Source of the DNA: Pavona decussata
Lineage: Eukaryota
Reading direction: 5' to 3'
Length of the DNA: 64,000 bases
Assembly (NCBI GenBank): GCA_977016875.1
Contig: CDRNST010000414.1
Location: forward strand, 62,001 to 126,000
The notes below the pieces were generated by a model. It did not search any database, was not told the origin of the DNA, and was given only the letters and a program-made list of their open reading frames with translations. The number at the start of each line of letters is the position of its first letter. The stretch's first letter is position 1. Positions 12,480 to 24,200 of the stretch are shown piece after piece. Both the position numbers and the translations under genes were made by a program.

Positions 12480-12972
12480 CTTGACTACCTTGTTCCCAAT
12501 GGGGATTCCAGGTCAGGTTGTCACTTGTTGTTAACCCTCATAACTTCGCACTCTTGACCAGTTTAAGTTTTTTGGCATCGATGGTTATGGCATCAAAATG
12601 CCCAGGTTTATGAGTAAAAGAAATTCTGATTTGTTTGCACCCTATCAGAGACCACTCGATTACTGGGTCGGTCATATCCTGAGCGTTGCTTGCATTTCCC
12701 TTCGGAACTATCCCCGAGGATGTGGTGTCATCGACAAATTTTCATGGATATGGTGAATTAATATCTAGATCATTGATAAATAGAATGAATAGCTACGGGC
12801 CCAATTTGATACCTTAAGGTTCCCCGGAGGGGACTGGACCCCACTCGGAGTAACAGCCCTTTGCTAACTTAATCCGTTGAAATCGGTTCGAAAGGAAATC
12901 TATAATCAAATTTGCAACACTACGGGGAATATCTAACCTACATAGCTTGTTTATCAGAATACTATGATCAAA
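12480..12972 (-). pseudogene. Degraded CR1/L2-group LINE reverse transcriptase fragment
   Basis: Minus strand: DHSILINKL..IIDFLSNRFQRIKL..SEWGPVPSGEP*GIKLGP*LFILFINDL..KFVDDTT, an RT core with in-frame stops. Confidence 0.85.
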
Positions 12973-14860
12973 GGGAGATCATAACAAAAGGTAAAGGTGG
13001 CTGACAACGGTTTCCAGCACTTTCCAGCGCATAAAATTGGCGAATCAATACTACCACTTTTTACTTGTTCACGTGACAATAATGGTATCAGACAAATGCC
13101 TTATCATTGAAGAACATTGGTCGTTTTTCTCATAGCAACAGCAAAAATTGTCGAAAACTCCCCTTATTTTGGCTTTAATTAGTCAAACAAGCTGAGTGAC
13201 CCCCATTTCTATTATGAAACTGTAATCGGAATGCTAAAATGTTAAATTAATTGATTTATTTATTCATGTATTTAAATTTATTTGTCATTTATTTATCTCA
13301 TGTTAAATTTTCGAAAATTAAGGTGGCTCTAAAGACCTCCCAGCCAGATGCATCTACACATGTATGAAGGGAAAGAGGGTCGGCTTTTTGTCAATTTGAG
13401 GATTTTAAGCAGATCTCGCCCTCCTTCGTAGCAAGTGTTTTACCAGTTTGAAGACAATAAGAATAATAAAAGATAATAAAAAAGCTAAAAGTGAAAGAAG
13501 CACCTAAAACATACTGCAAGTAGTCTATCATTGGTCTCATGGATAGTTGAAAACGCGCGAGCGCGTGCAAAATGTATACCGCGAGTAGTCGCGACGTAAT
13601 GAGGAAGGGAGAAAATGAGCTCTTATTTTTTTCTTTTCACTCTGGTGGTGTTCTGCAGGTTCTACTACCCTTGAGAGAAAAAGAAACAGAGACTTTTAGC
13701 CAAAGCTTGGAAGTATGTATTAGTCCACTTAGCTGAGAATACCTTTTCGCAACGGCGCAGGACGTTCGGCGCATATTTTTCTCTTCTCTTGGCCGCTCAA
13801 ACATTCCTACACGCCAGTGATAACACGATTAGCAAAGCTGATGATTAAACAAATGTACAGCAAAGAACAAGGCCAGCTAGTCTATGTAATCAATTAGAAA
13901 AATAAGCGATGTTTGCCTGCAAGAGTATATTTTGAGCAATAAGGAAATAAATTAATACATATGTATCACAATTGGGCTACAGAGGAGACATCTGTCAGTT
14001 TCGATAAGTCGGGATTTATTCAAACCCTAAAACAATAAACGTCAGTTATCAGGCCCTAAATCTAAAACCTTTCAGTACCTTGCTCGTAAGAGTTAGAGAT
14101 ATTTTATAAATATCAAAATATCAGTCAGTTATAGACCAGAATTTCAAAATAGAGCATGCTTGAAGCGGCTTCTTGTTAAAGTAATCTCCCGGTGCAAAAG
14201 CAATTAAAGGTAAAGTTTAGAGTCAATCCTTTTTACAAATAGCTCAATAGATTTAAGAAGAAATACAAAAAAACTATAAAAACTACGAAATTCAATTTTC
14301 CCAGATCAGCAAAAAAGTAGAGTATAAAAATTCCAAAATATTGTTTCTTTTCTCGGCGAATTCTCTCACGTGTTACATCAATCAAATAATAGATGCATAA
14401 AGTGGAATAAAGATGTAAGTCAATCTTTCCTTCTTGTTAAAAAAAGCAATAATTACATTTCAAAAACTTATTTATAATTCGTAAGCCCATTGACCTAGCA
14501 ACTGGTTGATAAAACATCATGTGCAGTGGTTTTATATCCGATAAAACCTCCTCCTTATTAGTATGCGGTATTTAAAGGGCATGCAAACCTTCAAAACGCG
14601 AATTTTTCTGGTCACATAGTCATAAAGTACACATTTTCAGTATGCCGAATCTGTAAATTTTTTTAAAGCAAGCGCGTTTTCAGTTGGAAAAGGCCGCTGC
14701 AAATTCGAAGCGCCCGCCATTTTGATTACGCCATCTTTTCCGTGACGTCACGAGTGGATCTCTACCGACAGGAAGTGAACTTTCTCCCTTCCCGACCTTT
14801 TGTAATACGCACGTGTCTACATAAATTCCACCAAATATTCATTTATTTTCTTATTCCAAT

Positions 14861-15150
14861 ATGGTAATGCGCTGTGTCGTCCAGTTTTGTGGCATTCTAA
14901 CACTGAAAACAAAATTTTCCAAGAGACTTCATCAGTTAAGGCGACAGTGGATTAAATTTGTTCTAGTCTTGGAGCGGGGTGATTTTATAGAGCCGAACAA
15001 AATCTTAGTAATTTGCGGCGCTCATTTCTCATCGGACTGCTTCGAGGGTGTATATCCCATCGGACTGCTTCGAGGGTGTGTATATATATATGAGAATTGG
15101 GTTTTAAAAAGTAGACGGATTTAATTCCCAGTGCAGTACCGAAAATTCAA
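14861..15150 (+). pseudogene. THAP zinc-finger N-terminus of the Kolobok transposase (disrupted)
   Basis: MVMRCVVQFC...RRQWIKFV...ICGAHFSSDCFE and the AVPTI-like box LIPSAVPKI in another frame. A short tandem duplication (about 15030-15080) lies between them. No DDE core is visible. Confidence 0.8.
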
Positions 15151-15509
15151 CAAACACCACAGCAGAAAGCCTTGTGAAAAATGTGTAAGCGAACAATGGA
15201 AAGCGAGGAAACAGAGCAGACTGCTGGGACATCTAGTAAGAGGTCACGAGAGAGCAAAGCTATATCAAAATTCGCAGTCGCTTCAGAAATAACGCCAAGA
15301 CAGTAAAAGACACTTGTAAATTGTTCTTGTATTTATGAATAGACACTTTCACATTTATTATTTTTTTGACATACATATCTTAAATGTGTCGACATACCGA
15401 AGAAACCTGAAAGTTGGAATCGAGCTCAAAAACGGCATAAAATCAGGGCAATCTGTTATAAATAAAAAAAGGTTTTATTCGTCTTTTTCGTATGTTTGGT
15501 GGCGTTAAC

Positions 15510-16311
15510 GTCGTGTGCAAAGGACCAAAATCCGCTAGAAATTTACTTCGTATTTTGTTGACCTCACAGGACAGGAGCACAACCACCACATTTCTGCCGA
15601 GATAGCCCCAACACCAACGACGAGTTGTCTGTAAGCAATGTACGAAATTTCGTACAAGAGACAAAAGGAATTACTGATAACTGTGCGATTCCCTATTAAC
15701 TTTGTGATTTTACAGTGCGCTGTTCACAGAGAAAGGTAATGTGATAAGTGTACACCTGTACGATTGTCTGCGCCATACTGTTGTCGGAATGCATAATACG
15801 TAGTTTTAGAACCTAGACATCAAGGCAATTGGACCGAAATCCTGGATGCTTGGTTATACAGTGCATTTGCACTGCTGGTTTCTGGTCCTCTATCTTTCGC
15901 CAAATTTGGCCGATTTCTACATAGCAAACGCTCTCGTGAGTCGTTGGTTCGCACCTTATCATAACAAGAGAAAAACAACAGCATTCATAAACAAGATTCA
16001 TGGTAACTTTCAGTTAAAAAACTCAATTTCTGTCTTTCAAAGGCGTAACAATCATATAAATGCGAATGAATCACAACACGAAACAATTACCAGTCTGTGT
16101 TTCCAAGACGATTCGTCTCGCTTTCGCCGTCTTCCTCGTTTGATTCAGGCTGCATATCACGCCGAACTCTGCGTGGCTCAAAGTGAAATGGACGAGCTCC
16201 GACATCCACGCTAGTTTCTGGCACTTTACCAACATCACTGTCGTACAAATAACATTTATTCATCGGATATTAAATCTCCTCCGAACTGCTACTATTTTCT
16301 CTCGGTGCCAT
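15510..16311 (-). pseudogene. KolX-like protein (P2X7 C-terminal ballast / Nanor-like domain), degraded and spliced
   Basis: Pieces LGNTDW|CEPT..ESVCY, CITKHPGFRSNCLDV, YAFRQQYG and YIAYRQL..WCWGYLGRNVVVVLLSCEVNKIRSKF, with frameshifts. Confidence 0.8.
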
Positions 16312-16959
16312 GATAATTACAGTGGTATTCTCAATTGCGCAATGTTTGTGTTCAACCGCTGACGTCACGAGCACTCGTTATTGTTTTAACCGGAAGTGAA
16401 CTTCCCACAGTAAATGCCGTTTTTCTCCTAAAATATTTCGAATTGGCAAAAATAAGCCGCAAAACTGTTTTAAGCACCACTTTGTACATAATATGAGATA
16501 AACTTGTGTTTGGGGGTTTACATGCCCTTTAATGTTTTTCTCGTATGCGGGTAATTTCCAACGTTCACAAAAGCATCATTGTTATGAACTCTCTTGACAC
16601 ACGCTTTTCCAGGAATATTTTTGAAGCCGATCAAAAACTCGCAGCACGTGTTTTATCGGGTCCAAAACCACTCGGCTGCGCCTCGTGGTTATAAATCCCT
16701 ATAAAACACTGCTGCTCGTGTTTTAAACATTACATAATATTTTTACACAATACTTAATCCTTTCTGTCCATTTTGCCTCACTTTGCCAGGATAACATTAA
16801 GTTTCTTCTACAAGCTTCTATTAAATATTTCACCACAGCACGTTCTACATTAAAGTTCTTGAAGTTTTAAATACTATAACACCGTTTCTTTTCTCGATAT
16901 CTTCTCTCTCATATAATAAGTTCTTTAAGTCGATATAACTGATATAACTCGATATAACT

Positions 16960-17453
16960 GCCGACTGCTCTACTCAGTTAATAGAGTACCGGACTAGGTA
17001 AGTAGGGCAGGTAGGTTGCCTTTATTTATACAGCTATTTCAGTTAACGTTGTCGGATCAAAGTATAAAGCTATAAGACAAGACCTCAAGATTCTGTGGAT
17101 TTTTTATGAATAATTTCATCAAAATCAGCTAAAACTCGTCTGTCCAGTGAAGATATACGATGGCGAGCCAATTGGATGAAAGAAATGGTAGGACATCAAC
17201 TTTAAAGCTGTCTTTAAGGTTTAAGCTTTTATGCTGCAACGTTAATTGAAACAGCTGTACACGATGTATATAAAAACTAAAAGCTTATGGGGTCGTGTAC
17301 AATACATTACTACCAAATCAAATACAAGTAGAACTAAATATTGAATACAATTAAATGCAGACTACGGGAGGTCGTGCGTTCAAACCCCGGCCGGACTAAC
17401 AGTCAGGGTCTTTAAATAACTGAGAAGAAATTGCTTCCTTTGTAATGACATCT

Positions 17454-17485
<32 letters not shown>

Positions 17486-17695
17486 GAGGATGTTAAAATG
17501 CAGGCCCCGTCTCAAAACCCTTGTTTGTAGGGGAGAGTAGTGGGCTTAATTTTCCAGTGTTGTGGTCTGGTCTTGGTGTGTATATTCTCATGGTTGGGTG
17601 GGTAAATGCTAGGGGATACTAGCTGCATACGCTACTCTAAAATTCGAGGGTAAACAAAGAGATGAATATAAATGTTATTATGATGATGACGATGG

Positions 17696-17738
<43 letters not shown>
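16960..17738 (+). mobile_element. tRNA-derived Nin/Deu-core-type SINE with (ATG)n tail, interrupted by a 363-bp insert
   Basis: Head ctctactcagttaatagagtaccggacta (16960-16996) resumes at 17365 cgggaggtcgtgcGTTCAAAcc..cagggtctttaaataactgag..tcttctcggatgaggatg. The tail is (ATG)n at 17680-17738. Confidence 0.7.
17680..17738. repeat. (ATG)n microsatellite
   Basis: Direct reading. Confidence 0.95.
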
Positions 17739-17777
17739 CCCTTCTATCCCTTCCAGTACAACATTTCTACATAATAT

Positions 17778-18248
17778 TTACCCATTTGTTTCCTTTTTGT
17801 CTAACTTTGCCAGTACAGCATTTAGTTTCTCCTCCAAACTTCTCTTTACTTCAAAAATTTCATATTTCACCTCAGCTAGTTCTGACTTAACATCTTGAAG
17901 TTTTAAATCCTCGTGAACGTCTGCAAGGTTAGATTTAACCTCAAAGCGAACTACTCCCTCTTTTGTAGACATCACATTTTTACAAACATCGTCCAGATCA
18001 GATTTCATCTTGGCAAGGTCCGATTTCATCTGGGTAAATTCACATTCAAGTTCAGATTTTACCTCTTGAATTTGTAAGTCTTCGTGAACAATTGCAAGGT
18101 CGGATTTCACCTCATGCCGAACTACATCTTGTTTGGTAGATATCAACTGCTTGCAAACGTCGACAAGTTCAGATTTCACCTCCGAAAGATCAGATTTCAA
18201 CTCTTGAATTTGTAAATCTTGAAAGTCAACATCTTCCCTCGGACACAT
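17778..18248 (-). CDS. TRP-SPRY terminal exon: repeated heptad coiled coil
   Basis: tttcag|ATG TGT CCG; [20 protein letters not shown]...KKETNG*. Confidence 0.85.
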   Translation of the reverse strand: MCPREDVDFQDLQIQELKSDLSEVKSELVDVCKQLISTKQDVVRHEVKSDLAIVHEDLQIQEVKSELECEFTQMKSDLAKMKSDLDDVCKNVMSTKEGVVRFEVKSNLADVHEDLKLQDVKSELAEVKYEIFEVKRSLEEKLNAVLAKLDKKETNG

Positions 18249-21200
18249 CTGAAAAGGGAAGGAAATAGAACATCTTTTAAACGAAAACCATAAAAGCTTA
18301 TATATGCATTTAAGAAGACAGTGAGACCCATTAGTAGGTTTATCATTATTTTTTATGTATGCTTGCTGCTCGTCGTTCACCTCTCATAACCACGCAAACA
18401 AAAGCGTTTTAGCCTACGTTTATAGCGGCAATTTTTCACGCGACTTACGCAGCACAATTTGCGGCGATTTGACTGCGATTTAAGCCGGTACTAATAAATA
18501 AACCTGGGCTATTAAACCACACAAGGCGAGCACAAACACCTCATAGTTTCCTGGCAGGGTACCTACAAGGTGGCTGTTTTGTGTTAAAACGCATTGAAAT
18601 TGCACAGCAACAAAAACTTGTCGGTACTTCATTTACACATAAACAAATCGCCGTTGATATGGACCCTGAATCGGCAATAAATCCACATCCAAATTAATCT
18701 GTGTAAACAGCCTTCTACTAGAAACCTATGATGTTCCCGGAGTGTTTGCCAAAACTCTGGTTTATAAGAAATGCATGGTACTTGATCCACGGAACCTTTC
18801 ACATGTACGAGGCGGTCACCGAGAGAAAAACATATACAAATGCAAACGATGTTGATACACAATGCAAATTAAAATGTAAGTATACACGCAAACGAAGCTC
18901 ACATCACACATGATAAAAGTACCAATGTAAGCACAAACAGGCGGTGAAGTGGTGTTCATACGTAATACAGCGGGAGCGGTGACAGTGTTTACCTGACGCA
19001 AATTTCAACACAAACGTAAGCAATGCTTACAAGAAATATATATGCAAACAAAGTGCTTTTTCCGACGTTTGCGCATGCGTTTGGAAGGTGTTTGCAAAGT
19101 TCACACGTGAAAAAAATGCAATCACAATTGGAAGCCAATGAAAGGGGTAAACAAATTTGTTACACGCTTGAAGGTTACTTGCCCTAAAGATTACTTCTGT
19201 CCTTGGATTTGCGTTTTGATTTGACTCGAAATTGTCAATGGTATTTAAATACACTGAATTGACGTTAACTTACACCTTCTTTCTTCTTTTGCTATTAATA
19301 AAAACACACGCACACAACGAATACGCAACAGGTAAATACGGCGTGGCTGTTGGAATGACGTTACCAGTCCCAGTCTAAGTTTCGTTAGACGCCGCGGAAA
19401 GTAAGACAAGAACAACTGTGAATCTAAACGCATTATTCTTCGTGTGGGGGGGGGGGGGGGGGGGGGGGTCAAACAAAGGCGTAAACAAACGGAAGTGATA
19501 ACAAATTCCCATACCAGGCTTGTTTTCTATCATTCCCAACAGAAGTTGGCGAGGAATGTAGGTTAATCACAAACCGTTGAGATTTTGCGCGCTACCATAC
19601 ACGTTTGAGGCTTATGAAGAAATGTACTAAACTAATTAAACAGAATACGCCATGTCATATTGTTGGACTCCTCCTCCTTACCTTGGCCAATACACTATTT
19701 TCATAGTAAAACCCTATTTGAGGGTAGAGTGGTCTGTCCGGATTGTACTCAATGTTTGTCTGACCTCGTTCTGAAACGATTTTACTTCCGTTTACAGTAA
19801 ATACAACTGGAACTTCAACTGTCCCATCTCTCTCTTGTATATCCTCAAACATTACTGTACACCGAATTACGTCACCTCGACGGGCCGCACCAGGACCTGC
19901 GAGAGACAACACATTTTGTTACACTGCAATCTAAAACACCAAAAAAAAAAAAGTACAAAAAGACGCAAAGTTCAGTACAAGAACTCCTACAGTCACCAGA
20001 GTATTTTTTCGTTTCAATTTATTTAATTGGAGGACAGTACACCAGCAAGCCAGTGATTAATCTATAGACGAGTGGTCCATGAATAGCATAGTAAAAGGAG
20101 TTGGAATAACGCAAAATAGTATTATTATATATTAGCGGAGCTCCGCGCGCGTGGAGCCCCATAGCTAAGAGATTTTGGTAAATTCATCAGTGCAAGAAAT
20201 TTTGGTTTGGTTATGACGTCATTTCCGTGTGAACGACCGCCCGACCGTAAGTACGAACTTACGTACGGACGTACGCTCCTTCATGTAATCCAATGTGAAA
20301 TGAGACACTTAAACGCTGTGCTGCAACCCGGGTTTTTTTCGGCGGGAAGTCTTATGGCCAACTTCTTTCAGAAAAACAAACGAGAATTTTGAAGAAAACT
20401 AATTTTTGTATGCGTTGAATATTTCGACAAACGACATATGTCGAGAAAGCAGGCGACTAATAAGGAAATTTCAAACCCGAGAGCAACTGAGAGGGCGAAC
20501 AAACAGGCGAAATGTCAGTTGAAAACAAGCATGTGGTGAGTAAGCAACTCGCAAGGCGCTTAGAAATTAAATGCAATTTTGCAGACAATTTTCGGTAATT
20601 TTCCATATTTAACATATTTCGAACTAAACACAATACTTAAGTCTTTGCCATACGACAAATATTCGTGGATAAATTAATTTTGAACATTCACAGAGCTATT
20701 CACAGTTATGAATTCAATTGTTTTGAACATTTTGTGTTGTTGTAGGTTAACGAGTATTATAAATTCATTCGCAGACCATATTTGTAAACAAGCAGTAAAA
20801 GCTTAACTATATTTTGGACAACAACCAAACATTAGTTTTCTTGTATTTTCCTTTTGTTAACATTTACTTAGAGACTAGAATTATTTCTGTAGGAGAAATA
20901 TTCCCTGAGTTATGAATTGTTTTCAACATTTCGTGTTGGACTTGTGTAATCGGTGTAATTCATACGCCATTCGCAGCGCAAATTTGTAAACACGCTCTAA
21001 TTAATTTTAAGCGCTCACTGAAATATTTCGCGTAAACGGTTTGCTTTATATTGAGATATATTTTACTCCAGAAAGGGTGAGGAATTTGTGACGTTATTAC
21101 GTGTTATTACGTTCATACAATAAGCAGACTTGCATGTATATGAATTCTAATAGGAAGGAATTGTGGAGCTCCGCTTTTAGGCTGGGCCAAATTTATATAT

Positions 21201-24200
21201 TATACAATGAACAGTGTAAAACTCGCGTTTTGTTTGGTTTAGCGGAGTTTGTGATTAGAGTATAGAAACACGATTGACGTCATCAAGTGGTGTGACCGGC
21301 GCAAGTGATCAGAGTCTAGAGTCCAGCCACAGTGACTGGTCAAACTGCTTTGGAGAGTAGCGGGCAAACATGGGCAAATTTTCTCAGGAAACCAAAACTG
21401 CCCGATAAAAAATTGGCCAAAGACCGTTGAAAGTGACCTCAACCAAGATAAAAAAGCTAGGACTTTGTTGTGACATGAAAAGGAAGCAAATATTTGTCCA
21501 AATATGTCGTCGATAGAAATCCGGTAATCGACAACAAATCGTAGTGAAGCGACTTACGTGCTGTAATATTTTGGGGTAAGGATTTCCTGAAAATAATTAA
21601 TAAATTTTCAGGAATAAAGGTTAGTTTTGAAAATATTTTTAGTAAAATTCTTTCGAATTATACTCTAATTTAGAGTATCACAACAGTATGTGTGTAGTAG
21701 TAGTCTAAAACTGAGTTTGCTGGAACGTTTTAGTCTCAGCTCAGTCAACGCTATGTTCGCTCACGAAATGTGTTATGTCTTGGTTATTGTATAAAACAAA
21801 TAGATTCCATTTTGCCGTGGGTCTGTACTCTGATAACGCACATAGGACGTCAAACGTGGTAAAAACATCAGTCACGCTACTCGTCGCACTTCTTTGTTCT
21901 CCCACGTTTTGACGTCATTTGTGTGGCAAATAGATAAATCTATGCGTTATCAGAGTACAGACGCACGGCAAAATGAAATCTATTTATTAAGTATTACCAT
22001 TACTTTAGTATTAGTATCCCACAACTACTGTTTCAAAACCCATCGTGTCTAAATAAAAGGTATGGTATGGCATGGCATGGCATGGCATGGCATGGCATGG
22101 CATGGCATGGTATGGTATGGTATGGTATGGTATGGTATGGTATAGTATGGTATGGTCAGCTCTAGAGAGAAAGAACCTGCGTCTTTATTGTTGTCTTCAA
22201 TTGTCGTTTTAAGTCATAGTAATTATTGTATTTCCCATATCCACGATGCTTCAGTGATGAACAATATCGCTCCCTATACCTTTAGTAGCCGTCTTTTTAA
22301 CGCCTTCCGCGTCGGCTGACCAGACTGTTCTTTCACCTGTGTGGTATCCCAAAGTTCCTTGCGCCTTTCCTGGCAGCAGGTGAGCGTAATCTTCAAACAC
22401 GACTCCGAGTGCAAACCACTTACTCACCCCACTTTCCAATACCATTACCTAAAAGAAAGTATCCGAGAGACGTTTTACCTTCTGTTGAATCGAAGTGCAA
22501 ATACATCACACGGCCAAATTTACTGTCAGACATGGTTGGCATGACTGAACATCAAACAGCTAAAAGTTTGGCAGTCCATTACATGGCAGCTTGCACCATG
22601 ATTCTCATCCGTGCTTCCTTAAAATGTAACTGGAATAAGAATGTTCATTCCATATTGTCTGTATGTGATTTCACTGTTAATTTTTGGTCCAGATGGCAAA
22701 ATCCGACAAGAAATCATTGGAGTCAACATGTCTAAAACATGCAGTTCATATACTCTAATTACAAACGTTCTCGTACCAATGACCTTTCTACGAAAAAAGT
22801 TCCAAATTTTCCGATTATAAATATTTTGGCAAACGTGCAAATCACTGCTATTTTAATAATTTTAAAACAAAGAAGGTTACAAAAATGCTCCAAAATGTTT
22901 CTCCATCTGCTAGGATAAAAACATTGAGATAGTTATCGTCTTCCTTAAACGCAAACTGTGAGTTTTGATATGGAGCGATATTGAAGACAAAATATGTAGC
23001 CACACCAGGAGTTAAGGCGCTGTTACTCTAGGCACGAAGCGTTGCCTAATGTAACATGCCCTGAAATGAACATGTCTCGCATTTTTTTTGTTGCCGTAAT
23101 TATAACCGTTGCCAGAAGTAGAAGTCAATCCGATTTGCTTCGTGCAACGGTGACTACAACAAAAACGTCGGTTGCGAGACACGTTAATTTCAGGGCATGT
23201 TACATTACGCAACGTCCGTGCAACTTGTGTCGCAACGGCTCAACGAGATTGCGAGACAATTTGCAAGAAAAATTGCCCAGTGTAACAGCAGCTTCAGTTG
23301 CTATATAATGTTCGTTACGGAACTGTGCTCAATAAATTGACATTATTTGCACCCTGCATGTTTCCTTCAAGAGTGTTAAGTCGGAAATTTCAAGAAATAT
23401 ATCAGAACTGTGCCAAGAAATCACCGAAAAGTCTGAAGATTATCGTCCGAAAATTATAAGTCAGAACATTTTCTCAGTTAAGGTATCGTAAAACTTTCCA
23501 TTTGCCGGAGCAGAGCGCACAAGGAATAATTGGGTAAATTTCTACATCTTCCTACAATCTAAATTCTGTACTTTCTTTCAGTAGTAAGGTTACAAAAATA
23601 TTTCCAATTACAAAATCACAGTGTACAGTAAAAACCTTAATTCAGATGAATTTGCTGTTCTCAAAGTTTGGAAAAAAAATGCAAAAGTTGTTAAATTTCT
23701 TTTTCAAACCAAGGACCTTCTGATGTTAGCTAACGTCATTCATCTGCATTATTCTAAGATTAACGTCAATAGATGATTTTCTATAAATATAATGTTCCAA
23801 GTTATTTCACACGACACAGTGTCTCAGTTTCTTTCAATGTGAAATATTCGCCTTTGCTCGCGCTAAATTACAAGTAAATAACGGAAACGGAGAAAGACAG
23901 AATTTTTTTACGGATTTCAGAGAATAGAAATAGTACAGGAATGTTGTTATTTATCCTTGCAGAAAATGGAAAGGTGCTAACGTGCCACCATTGCGCACAT
24001 TTGTGAGAATATTATTTACTGAAATATGAAACAAATTTGGTCCGGAAATGCTGGCTAATGTCTCACAGTTCTTTTAAAAATGTCACCAAGTTTGTACCAG
24101 TTAAATAATTGGTGAATGTAAATCGAAAAAGACTATTGAACTCAACATGAGGCCATTAAGATGGTTACCCACCTCAAAATGGGGAAATCTGCGAGAAAAA

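Larger units (their letters stand above)
14576..16528 (+). mobile_element. Internally deleted Kolobok DNA transposon
   Basis: TTAA|AGGGCATGCAAACC ... GGTTTACATGCCCT|TTAA (TIRs, TTAA TSD, RR..YY termini). It contains convergent THAP (+) and KolX-like (-) pseudogenes. Confidence 0.85.

Noticed and set aside
15443-16214. P2X7 receptor or host THAP gene
   Set aside because: No P2X transmembrane or ectodomain; the pieces are disrupted and enclosed by Kolobok TIRs and a TTAA TSD.
17662-17898. Poly-Met ORF
   Set aside because: Translation of the (ATG)n SINE tail, antisense to the real terminal exon.
18249-18380. N-terminal extension of the 200-aa ORF as a stand-alone gene
   Set aside because: It is intronic. 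A canonical acceptor at 18249 joins the SPRY exon in phase, and the paralogous exon starts at the same point.
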